A stretch of DNA of 64,000 nucleotides, taken from NCBI GenBank assembly GCA_002269645.1, contig NIVC01001347.1:124001-188000 (forward strand), written 5' to 3'. Positions 21,247 through 31,566 of the stretch are shown piece by piece. The notes below the pieces were generated by a model that was not told the DNA's origin, did not search any database, and was given only the letters and a program-made list of their open reading frames with translations. Positions within the stretch are counted from its first letter, which is position 1. Every line of letters begins with the position of its first letter. This DNA is from Macrostomum lignano. Lineage: Eukaryota. Position numbers and translations under genes: made by a program.

Positions 21247-24200
21247 CAAACAATATATAATAGCTAAAATAAAATACACCCGCTAATGCGATATTCGAAT
21301 AGAATAGAGCTTCGTCACTTGAAACCGGATGGGATGTCTCGGCGATTCTACTCGTCTGGGCCGACAAGTTATCGATTGCAATCGGTTTGGTCCGGAGCTG
21401 AACTTCGGGCTCCATTCCAGAGCCTTAAGTTGACATGAGATCCCCATTTTATCCCCTTTATCCCCTGGGACCCCAAGGAAGGGAGCCGGATGGGATGTCT
21501 CGGCGATTCTAGTCGTCTGGGCCGACAAGTTATCGATTGCAGTCGGTTTGGTCCGGAGCTGAACTTCGGGCTCCATTCCAGAGCCTTAAGTTTACATGAG
21601 ATCCCCATTTTATCCCCTTTATCCCCTGGGACCCCAAGGAAGGGAGCCGGATGGGATGTCTCGGCGATTCTAGTCGTCTGGGCCGACAAGTTATCGATTG
21701 CAGTCGGTTTGGTCCGGAGCTGAACTTCGGGCTCCATTCCAGAGCCTTAAGTTGACATGAGATCCCCATTTTATCCCCTTTATCCCCTGGGACCCCAAGG
21801 AAGGGAGCCGGATGGGATGTCTCGGCGATTCTAGTCGTCTGGGCCGACAAGTTATCGATTGCAGTCGGTTTGGTCCGGAGCTGAACTTCGGGCTCCATTC
21901 CAGGGCCTTAAGTTGACATGAGATCCCCATTTTATCCCCTTTATCCCCTGGGACCCCAAGGAAGGGAGCCGGATGGGATGTCTCGGCGATTCTAGTCGTC
22001 TGGGCCGACAAGTTATCGATTGCAGTCGGTTTGGTCCGGAGCTGAACTTCGGGCTCCATTCCAGAGCCTTAAGTTGACATGAGATCCCCATTTTATCCCC
22101 TTTATCCCCTGGGACCCCAAGGAAGGGAGCCGGATGGGATGTCTCGGCGATTCTAGTCGTCTGGGCCGACAAGTTATCGATTGCAATCGGTTTGGTCCGG
22201 AGCTGAACTTCGGGCTCCATTCCAGAGCCTTAAGTTGACATGAGATCCCCATTTTATCCCCTTTATCCCCTGGGACCCCAAGGAAGGGAGCCGGATGGGA
22301 TGTCTCGGCGATTCTAGTCGTCTGGGCCGACAAGTTATCGATTGCAATCGGTTTGGTCCGGAGCTGAACTTCGGGCTCCATTCCAGAGCCTTAAGTTGAC
22401 ATGAGATCCCCATTTTATCCCCTTTATCCCCTGGGACCCCAAGGAAGGGAGCCGGATGGGATGTCTCGGCGATTCTAGTCGTCTGGGCCGACAAGTTATC
22501 GATTGCAATCGGTTTGGTCCGGAGCTGAACTTCGGGCTCCATTCCAGAGCCTTAAGTTTACATGAGATCCCCATTTTATCCCCTTTATCCCCTGGGACCC
22601 CAAGGAAGGGAGCCGGATGGGATGTCTCGGCGATTCTAGTCGTCTGGGCCGACAAGTTATCGATTGCAGTCGGTTTGGTCCGGAGCTGAACTTCGGGCTC
22701 CATTCCAGAGCCTTAAGTTGACATGAGATCCCCATTTTATCCCCTTTATCCCCTGGGACCCCAAGGAAGGGAGCCGGATGGGATGTCTCGGCGATTCTAG
22801 TCGTCTGGGCCGACAAGTTATCGATTGCAGTCGGTTTGGTCCGGAGCTGAACTTCGGGCTCCATTCCAGGCCTTAAGTTGACATGAGATCCCCATTTTAT
22901 CCCCTTTATCCCCTGGGACCCCAAGGAAGGGAGCCGGATGGGATGTCTCGGCGATTCTAGTCGTCTGGGCCGACAACTTATCGATTGCAGTCGGTTTGGG
23001 CCGGAGCTGAACTTCGGGCTCCATTCCAGAGCCTTAAGTTGACATGAGATCCCCATTTTATCCCCTTTATCCCCTGGGACCCCAAGGAAGGGAGCCGGAT
23101 GGGATGTCTCGGCGATTCTAGTCGTCTGGGCCGACAAGTTATCGATTGCAATCGGTTTGGTCCGGAGCTGAACTTCGGGCTCCATTCCAGAGCCTTAAGT
23201 TGACATGAGATCCCCATTTTATCCCCTTTATCCCCTGGGACCCCAAGGAAGGGAGCCGGATGGGATGTCTCGGCGATTCTAGTCGTCTGGGCCGACAAGT
23301 TATCGATTGCAGTCGGTTTGGTCCGGAGCTGAACTTCGGGCTCCATTCCAGAGCCTTAAGTTGACATGAGATCCCCATTTTATCCCCTTTATCCCCTGGG
23401 ACCCCAAGGAAGGGAGCCGGATGGGATGTCTCGGCGATTCTAGTCGTCTGGGCCGACAAGTTATCGATTGCAGTCGGTTTGGTCCGGAGCTGAACTTCGG
23501 GCTCCATTCCAGAGCCTTAAGTTGACATGAGATCCCCATTTTATCCCCTTTATCCCCTGGGACCCCAAGGAAGGGAGCCGGATGGGATGTCTCGGCGATT
23601 CTAGTCGTCTGGGCCGACAAGTTATCGATTGCAGTCGGTTTGGTCCGGAGCTGAACTTCGGGCTCCATTCCAGAGCCTTAAGTTGACATGAGATCCCCAT
23701 TTTATCCCCTTTATCCCCTGGGACCCCAAGGAAGGGAGCCGGATGGGATGTCTCGGCGATTCTAGTCGTCTGGGCCGACAAGTTATCGATTGCAGTCGGT
23801 TTGGTCCGGAGCTGAACTTCGGGCTCCATTCCAGGGCCTTAAGTTGACATGAGATCCCCATTTTATCCCCTTTATCCCCTGGGACCCCAAGGAAGGGAGC
23901 CGGATGGGATGTCTCGGCGATTCTAGTCGTCTGGGCCGACAACTTATCGATTGCAGTCGGTTTGGGCCGGAGCTGAACTTCGGGCTCCATTCCAGAGCCT
24001 TAAGTTGACATGAGATCCCCATTTTATCCCCTTTATCCCCTGGGACCCCAAGGAAGGGAGCCGGATGGGATGTCTCGGCGATTCTAGTCGTCTGGGCCGA
24101 CAAGTTATCGATTGCAATCGGTTTGGTCCGGAGCTGAACTTCGGGCTCCATTCCAGAGCCTTAAGTTGACATGAGATCCCCATTTTATCCCCTTTATCCC

Positions 24201-24980
24201 CTGGGACCCCAAGGAAGGGAGCCGGATGGGATGTCTCGGCGATTCTAGTCGTCTGGGCCGACAAGTTATCGATTGCAGTCGGTTTGGTCCGGAGCTGAAC
24301 TTCGGGCTCCATTCCAGAGCCTTAAGTTGACATGAGATCCCCATTTTATCCCCTTTATCCCCTGGGACCCCAAGGAAGGGAGCCGGATGGGATGTCTCGG
24401 CGATTCTAGTCGTCTGGGCCGACAAGTTATCGATTGCAGTCGGTTTGGTCCGGAGCTGAACTTCGGGCTCCATTCCAGAGCCTTAAGTTGACATGAGATC
24501 CCCATTTTATCCCCTTTATCCCCTGGGACCCCAAGGAAGGGAGCCGGATGGGATGTCTCGGCGATTCTAGTCGTCTGGGCCGACAAGTTATCGATTGCAG
24601 TCGGTTTGGTCCGGAGCTGAACTTCGGGCTCCATTCCAGAGCCTTAAGTTGACATGAGATCCCCATTTTATCCCCTTTATCCCCTGGGACCCCAAGGAAG
24701 GGAGCCGGATGGGATGTCTCGGCGATTCTAGTCGTCTGGGCCGACAAGTTATCGATTGCAGTCGGTTTGGTCCGGAGCTGAACTTCGGGCTCCATTCCAG
24801 AGCCTTAAGTTGACATGAGATCCCCATTTTATCCCCTTTATCCCCTGGGACCCCAAGGAAGGGAGCCGGATGGGATGTCTCGGCGATTCTAGTCGTCTGG
24901 GCCGACAAGTTATCGATTGCAGTCGGTTTGGTCCAGAGCTGAACTTCGGGCTCCATTCTGGTGCTTAAGTTGACATCCCC
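21247..24980 (-). repeat. Right TIR: 23 copies of the same 161-bp unit in inverted orientation plus the unique inner segment
   Basis: Reverse complement of the left arm; period 161 (ORF starts 21576, 21737, ... 24795). Confidence 0.95.
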
Positions 24981-26385
24981 TTTGGCCATTTAGCTCGTAG
25001 TAATCTCTAGGTTCGGTCAATATCCTCCTGATATTGTTTTTAACATCCTTTCAAGCTGTCATTTGTTCTTTGTTTCTGAAAATAGCTGACACTGAAAAGC
25101 GGAAATTAAAACCTTCTACGATTACTTTCCTGTGGGTTTGCTACTAAAATTGCTGCTTTTAACATGCATTTATGAAAATTACCGCTTCTATAAATATCGC
25201 GTACATTGTACTTGCTAGATATATCATTATTGATTTGCCAAATGTGGAAAAAACTCATCTATCAAGCAATTTAATAGACGGAGTTTTCATTTATGTAAAC
25301 TACTCAAGCGCAATGTGGAATTATCCGTCAATATAGACTTTCAACCCGAATTTTCCATTAATTACGGTGTAGAAGGTGGTCCCAATATCTGACAAGAAAT
25401 AGGTAAACATTCCGTATCTAGCAAGTAGCATTTGTACACACTCAGAAGTAACTGATACATTCTGTATCAGCTATCTGTGGAATAAAAATTTAGACGTTAT
25501 AAAGCATTACACTTATACTAGTAGTTCGTCACTAGACAGGAAAATTCTTTTTCTGCATGCTCCAAATCAAGAAGACAGTCATTAAATTCTTCGAAAGGCG
25601 AAGAGACGCATCTACCTAAGAATAGATTTTAGACTTGTTTTAATGATACGGCCCCTATGGAGGCATAAAATAAATCCACTTATACAGGTTTTTACTCCAC
25701 TAATCAGCTTTGAAAATTGAGACACAAAAATGGTCATCAATTTCAGAATTCAAAAGAAAATTACCCAACCTTACATTAGATCAAAGGACTACTGTTTTTA
25801 AGGTAGAGCCTGCAATTAGGTAACACTAAAAAGATAGCGAATTGAACCTATAAAAGAGCATAGGTGCCATTAAGGATTAATTGAGGGCCTTTAGTTAGGG
25901 AATAAATTAGCCCAAAACTGAAATTCCATATAAAAGATAGTAAAATTTCACTTGATAAAATTTTATAGTAGCATTCAATAAGGAATTTGGAGGGCTCAAT
26001 TTGAAAGCGGATCGCAAAAGCCAACAATCTGACACGGCTGCTGCTTTTAAATAATTCTGCACGAAACCTGTCAATCAATCTTTGAACAGGTACTGTAGAT
26101 GCCATTTAAAACTGCTGCTTTTTCAATCAAACTGCTATATCGACTCTGTTATAGGTTACAACTCTGCACTTTTATAGTTACTAAATCAGAATAGACATAG
26201 AGCCTACAGCCAAAAAAGCAATTTAGTGTCTGTAATATTCGAAAAGCTCTCCGCTATAGCTCGTAGAATCGCTGCACATAAAAGTTGGCGCATCGAACGG
26301 CCACTTAATCTGTCATTTGTTCTAAAGCAAAGTGCCTGGTAGATAGCTTTTTTTGCTTCGCCTAGTTGGCATGACACAAGCAAAT

Positions 26386-26541
26386 ATTTTCAACGCATTT
26401 CGTTGGAATACAACTAGACCAAAAGATCATTGACGAGGCTGTTTCTGTGCGTAGCCGATTTTCAACGCATTTCAACGCATTTCGTTGGAATTCAACTGGA
26501 CCAAAAGATCATTGACGAGGCTGTTTCTGTGCGTAGCCGAT
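26386..26541. repeat. Local tandem duplication of ~72 bp (2 copies, with a 10-bp stutter)
   Basis: TTTCAACGCATTTCGTTGGAAT.CAACT.GACCAAAAGATCATTGACGAGGCTGTTTCTGTGCGTAGCCGAT occurs twice in tandem. Confidence 0.85.
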
Positions 26542-27425
26542 AAGGTAGCTGATATTCTAGGAAATATAACTAACAAAACTACTAACTGCAGCAAGAAGTG
26601 TAGCAGAAAGCCTATGAGAATCCTTGTGTGCATTAGCAAAGCTTTTAAAATGCTTCCATGCTTCCATAGAAGACTTTCAAGGACGGGCGATTCACGTATG
26701 GATTCGGGAAATTTTATTACAAAATCGTTATTATTTTTGACTTTGCAAACGTCATCCATTTAGGGATTTCGATACAATCACAGGCTGATTTTTTACTCAG
26801 CAAAAGTAAGAAGTCTCTACCATTGATTTTATCTTCTTAGTACCTTTGATTTGTACCTCAAGCCCAAAATTGATACCTTACGAGCGTAGAGCACTACGAC
26901 ATACAAATAGCTTAAGACTCGATATCTCCCTTAGTTTTTTCATGTTACACCCAGTGAGACAATGTATGGTATTATTAATCAAGACAAGTGAAACGTCAGA
27001 CCGTACGAAGACCACTTCAAAAAGTGGTGTGGTAGACTGTCAGACTAAACGTTGACATTTATTTATGCATGTACGCTCGTACTTATCGACACAGAATGCA
27101 TCACCGAAGTACAAGTGCAGGTGCAATCAATTAAAAGCTACAACAAACTTAAATTTTTGGGATTTTTTGTTAATTATGTACAAATGCGCAGTTCAGGAGC
27201 TGTGCAGGACATCGAATAAAAGCTGTGCATTAAAGTGTAACGATTTTACATCTATATACAACAAGTGTTCTGGCAGAATGGTGCAAAGAGACGAGCAGAA
27301 CGAAACGCAGCTGCAATAAAAGGAGAAATAATAATCCAAATTGTTTTCTGGTTCACAAGTCTTGATTTATCAATACCCTCGATTCTCAAACATATGCAGT
27401 TGATCGGGCAGAACCGAGCACAAGT

Positions 27426-28625
27426 TCACACAAAGCCACTGTCCATGCGAGAGTGGCGCGGCGACTCGCAACAGGCGACATTGGCGGACACGGAGTCCTC
27501 AAAGCCGCACCGCAGTGGCTGGGCAGCTTCCGGACCTTTTTCAACTGTGCCCGAAGAACCGTGCTGTTGAAGCCGCTGTCCAATAGAGCAATGACCCTCG
27601 GCAGTGCATCGGAGGCCGCAGGACACTTTGCGATTGTTGACTTTCGGTTGCAGACAATTCATACGGATGTGCAAAAAGCCAAGCAGTTGGATTCGGAAGT
27701 TGCGGCACATAACAAAATAGATGGCAAAGTTCAAGCCGGAGTCGATACTAATTAATAGCGACTTGATCTCGCCAAGAATGTTTAACCAGTCTGGCATATT
27801 CGAGCTTAGTGACATTGACGATGTTAAATTCGCAATGCTGCAGAATAGTTCGTAGAATAAGTGAGGAAATGACAAACCAAAGAAAGTTCCAGACACAAGC
27901 AGCAGAGTTTTTGTCGCTTTTAGATTGCTGTCTACATGAGCTGGCAGATCTGTCCACTGGCGCCGGCGTCGGGTAAGGTGGCTGGTCATCACGCAGGTTA
28001 GAGTCATAACTACAATAATCGGAATTCCGGTGCTAAGCACTACCTCGATAGAGATGGTTACGTCGAAAATGTACTCTTCATTAACGCTCGTAGTTATTAA
28101 GTCCATAGCGATGGTGAAAGCGGCCGAGAACGCGGTCAAGCCGAACAGAAGGGCAGCCTGCTGGCGATAGTTAAACTCAATAGGAGCAGACAGAGGTCGA
28201 ACGACTACAGAATACCTAGCCGATGTCATAGCTACAATCCACCAACTGCGAGCTAGATATGAAACTTTCCAGGCTGTGGTGAACCATTTCAGATAGTAGC
28301 GGCAGTGCGGATGACTGGCTTGATTGGAATGGGTGACCGTGTCAGCCACGAATGCCATAGCGCTGCGAGCGGACAGGCACAGGTTCATAAAGACATCGAT
28401 TGCTACAAGCAGGCTGAAGCCTTTGGCCTGAGTAGACGACTGGAACACGGCGGCCAGCACTACGCAATTGAGCAGTGCGCTCAACGAGCACACAGCCAAG
28501 CGGATCAGATGACTGGCTGGCGAACCCAGCAAACAGGTGCTGTTGTCAAATGCTGGTAAAGACGGACTAACAATAAGGATGGTGCTTTGGACAGTAGCCA
28601 GCTCCATGGAGTAAGTTGCTGTCAT
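27426..28625 (-). CDS. Intronless class A GPCR (peptide-receptor-like orphan), nested in the DAGL intron on the same strand
   Basis: 399-aa ORF with 7 hydrophobic segments; TM1 LLNCVVL, TM2 LVAID, TM3 TSARYSVVVRPL, TM5 GIP, TM6 LSFP, TM7 DSGLNFAIYF, helix-8 RNFR. Confidence 0.85.
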   Translation of the reverse strand: MTATYSMELATVQSTILIVSPSLPAFDNSTCLLGSPASHLIRLAVCSLSALLNCVVLAAVFQSSTQAKGFSLLVAIDVFMNLCLSARSAMAFVADTVTHSNQASHPHCRYYLKWFTTAWKVSYLARSWWIVAMTSARYSVVVRPLSAPIEFNYRQQAALLFGLTAFSAAFTIAMDLITTSVNEEYIFDVTISIEVVLSTGIPIIVVMTLTCVMTSHLTRRRRQWTDLPAHVDSNLKATKTLLLVSGTFFGLSFPHLFYELFCSIANLTSSMSLSSNMPDWLNILGEIKSLLISIDSGLNFAIYFVMCRNFRIQLLGFLHIRMNCLQPKVNNRKVSCGLRCTAEGHCSIGQRLQQHGSSGTVEKGPEAAQPLRCGFEDSVSANVACCESPRHSRMDSGFV

Positions 28626-29244
28626 GGCTAACTTTCAAGCGAATTAAGATCGATACGCAAGTGTGGAGGAGGAACACGCTTTCAGCCTTTCGTTTCGCTT
28701 TTAAATGATAAAGCCGATTCACCAGGGAGGACATCCTACCCGATTTCTAGCGCCTGCATTGGCTAGCTGGAGGCCGCAGCCAATCTGAACTAATCGCAAA
28801 AAAATTCAATGTCTTTCTGAAGCCCTATTTTATCCAAAGAAGCATGAAATAATGTCATGCATTTTGCAAGTTTTACTGCAATCTAGCCAATGGGATTTGA
28901 ATTCTTCATAAATCACAGGAAAACAGCAACGTTTCAAGAGAAACCTTTTTAGTCGATTTCGATTTTTTCTTGGAATTTCTCTCCAGTGCTACATGCCATA
29001 GTACCTACATCGTATTTGCAGCGCTTAATTGAATCAGTCAGCTGCTGAGTGCAAATCAGATAGGCTAGTATTTTTGCATGTATTGCATTCTCTCGGGACA
29101 GACAGTACTAACACTTATACATGTACAACCAATACCAAAGAGCGTAAAGCAAAATTCTGAGCCTTATATCACGGAAAGAAGGCGTACGTATATACAAGAC
29201 TAAAGTCCAATTTATAAGCGAAGCGTAAAAATAAATAAAGCGGC

Positions 29245-29835
29245 CAAGCCTAAACAGACGTGAAGATCAGGGAGGGTGTAAACGAACCAAGCCTGAATAG
29301 GCGTGAGGATCAGGAGGGTACAAAGGGGCCAAGCCTGAAGAGACGTGAGGATCAGGGATGGTATAAAGGGGCCAAGCCTGAAGAGACGTGAGGATCAGGG
29401 AGGGTATAAAGGGGCCAAGCCTGAATAGACGTGAAGATCAGGGAGGGTGTAAATGTAAACGAACCAAGCCAAGCCTGAATAGACGTGAGGATCAGGAAGG
29501 TATAAAGGGGCCAAGCCTGATGAGACGTGAGGATCAGGGAGGGTATAAAGGGGCCAAGCTTGAATAGACGTGAAGATCAGGGAGGGTGTAAACGAATCAA
29601 GCCAAGCCTGAAGAGACGTGAGGATCAGGGAGGGTATAAAGGGGCCAAGCCTGATGAGACGTGAGGATCAGGGAGGGTATAAAGGGGCCAAGCCTGAATA
29701 GACGTGAAGATCAGGGAGGGTGTAAACGAGCCAAGCCAAGCCTGAATAGACGTGAGGATCAGGAGAGTATAAAGGGGCCAAGCCTGAAGAGACGTGAGGA
29801 TCAGGGAGGGTATAAAAGGGGCCAAGACTGAAGAG
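29245..29835. repeat. ~43-bp minisatellite (CCAAGCCTGAAGAGACGTGAGGATCAGGGAGGGTATAAAGGGG)
   Basis: About 13 tandem copies just inside the DAGL exon 3 donor. Confidence 0.92.
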
Positions 29836-29903
29836 AGGATCAGAGACGGTAGTCTCTGTGTAAATCAATATTAACAGCAACGCAGTCCAAGTTCAGTACT
29901 CAC

Positions 29904-30364
29904 GCGCAATGCGGCCCCATAGTACAGCAGCACAGACAGGGGTTGTTGAAGACCTCCAGTGGCCAACCGTAGCACGCATTAGCGTACTTCACATAGTACT
30001 GCAGTTGTTCCAGGCTGCACCAGTCGGCTTCGCTGTCGGGCGGCACAGCCGGCGGCGCAGTCACAATAATGTCCAAGTGGCGTCTATTAAGCAGCAAAAC
30101 TCCCAACGCTAAGTCGCTAGGCGTCAGATCGTATTCGTGAAAATAGGCTAAGAGAATTCTGTGTACATTTTCAAATGCGTGCCGAGTGGTCTCGTCGTAC
30201 CGGGTGCAGCAAAGAAACGAGACCAGGCGCGACCAGAAGTCCGGCGACAGGAAGCTAAAGCTGCAGGCGCCGCCGGAGTCGTTGGGCTCAGTGAATGAGA
30301 AGCATGGCCCGAGAGTCATGAAGAATGCGGCCGATAAAGATAGGCAAGCAACGGCGAAGCCCAC
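29904..30364 (-). CDS. DAGL: Diacylglycerol lipase, coding exon 3
   Basis: VGFAVACLSLSAAFFMTLGPCF...FWSRLVSFLCC...VHRILLAYFHEYDLTPSDLALGVLLL...QYYVKYANACYGWPL. The DLxPSDxxxGxxLL and YxxxAxxxYGWP motifs are DAGL hallmarks. Acceptor ctctcAG (phase 0), donor GTGAGT (phase 2). Confidence 0.92.
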
Positions 30365-30464
30365 CTGAGAGTTAAAAAAAAAGTTTAGATAAATTATTTC
30401 CAACTTTTATTTAAACTTATTTTCAAAGCTATTACTTTAAATTACAAAAATAATGCTCTACCAG

Positions 30465-30750
30465 ATCCACATACAGATCCCAGTACAGTTTCTTGAATCC
30501 CAAATTGCAGATCCCAGTCCAGTCTCTTGAGTCCCCAATTACAGATCCCAGTCCAGTCTCTTAAATTCCCAATTAGAGATCCCAGTCTCTTGTATCCCCA
30601 ATTATAGATCCCAGTCTCTTGTACCCCCAATTACAGATCCCAGTCCAGTCTCTTGTACCCTTAATTACAGATCCCAGTCCAGTCTCTTAAATTCCCAATT
30701 AGAGATCCCAGTCCAGTCTCTTAAATCCCCTATTACAGTTCCCAGCCCCA
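30465..30750. repeat. 29-34-bp minisatellite (CAGATCCCAGTCCAGTCTCTTAAATTCCCAATTA)
   Basis: Tandem copies in DAGL intron 2. Confidence 0.85.
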
Positions 30751-31059
30751 GTTTCTAATTTCCCAAATCAAGTGGTATTTAGTTTTTTTGGTATAAAAAA
30801 AATTAAGCATCAGTTCATAACTAATTATCTGAAATCATATATATTTTTTATCATATAGTTTCCAATACATAAATAAGCAAGACATTTCATCGGTAATTTC
30901 ATCCTGACATAAATAAAAGAACAAAGAGATTTTTTCGCAATCCAGAAACCAGTGTAGCTGTGTAAAGAGCATCTGTATGGGACACTTGCTATCCTGCCTA
31001 AGACCCAGACCCTAGATCTCCGCTACAAATATGTTTATAGCCATAAATCCCAGCCTTAC

Positions 31060-31384
31060 CAGACACACGCAGCGCGCAATGATGACAGTCTGCAGACTGC
31101 AGTCGTACGGCTTAAATGCCAGATAGAAACCGTAGCCATACAATAGCAGGCTGATTGGCAAGTTAAATAGCAAGTGAAACCACAGCAATATTGGTACGTA
31201 GCGTCGTTTCCGTTCCTGCCGTATCGTGCCCCGGCCAGACTGCCAAGCTAGCAGGCAGGCGTGCAGAAACTTTAACGAAGTGAGCGCAATAGCCAAAGCG
31301 TAGAATGCGCGCAGTTGATCGCCGCCAACGCAGGCAAACGCCCATTGATCGTGCGACGCTAGAAATACTACTAGCATCATCAGC
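31060..31384 (-). CDS. DAGL: Diacylglycerol lipase, coding exon 2 (TM segments)
   Basis: LMMLVVFL...LLAWQSGRGTIRQERKRRYVPILLW (the S.RGTI...R..VP motif of DAGL). Acceptor ccacAG at 31386-31385 and donor GTAAGG at 31059; phases are consistent. Confidence 0.88.
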
Positions 31385-31471
31385 CTGTGGAGTCAAGTAG
31401 AGCATTATTTTCATTTAAAATACTGGAAAAATACTTGCAATGCTACTAAAAGTAGACAATAGGAGGCTTAC

Positions 31472-31566
31472 CAGAAAAACTCAATAACCGACGATAGTAA
31501 AAAAGGAAAAAAGAAGTCATCTGAACTGACGCGCCACTTCCGTCCAGCAAAGTGCATGTAAGGCAT
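31472..31566 (-). CDS. DAGL: Diacylglycerol lipase, coding exon 1
   Basis: MPYMHFAGRKWRVSSDDFFFPFLLSSVIEFF(W) matches the DAGL N-terminal MPxxxxFxRxWxxxSDD motif. Donor GTAAG at 31471 (phase 2). Confidence 0.88.

Larger units (their letters stand above)
15345..24980 (-). mobile_element. Full-length, probably autonomous DNA transposon (PIF/Harbinger-ISL2EU-Spy-related DDE) with foldback-type tandem-repeat TIRs; 9636 bp
   Basis: Ends are exact reverse complements: GGGGATGTCAACTTAAGCACCAGAATGGAG at 15345 and CTCCATTCTGGTGCTTAAGTTGACATCCCC ending 24980. Single internal transposase ORF. Flanks caaa| and |tttg. Confidence 0.92.

Noticed and set aside
15369-24989. Dozens of 122-aa 'MEPEVQLRTKPTAID...' ORFs (with a GVPGDKGDKMG collagen-like look)
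   Set aside because: They are translations of the 161-bp TIR unit. The period is not a multiple of 3, so frames rotate, and there is no coding signal.
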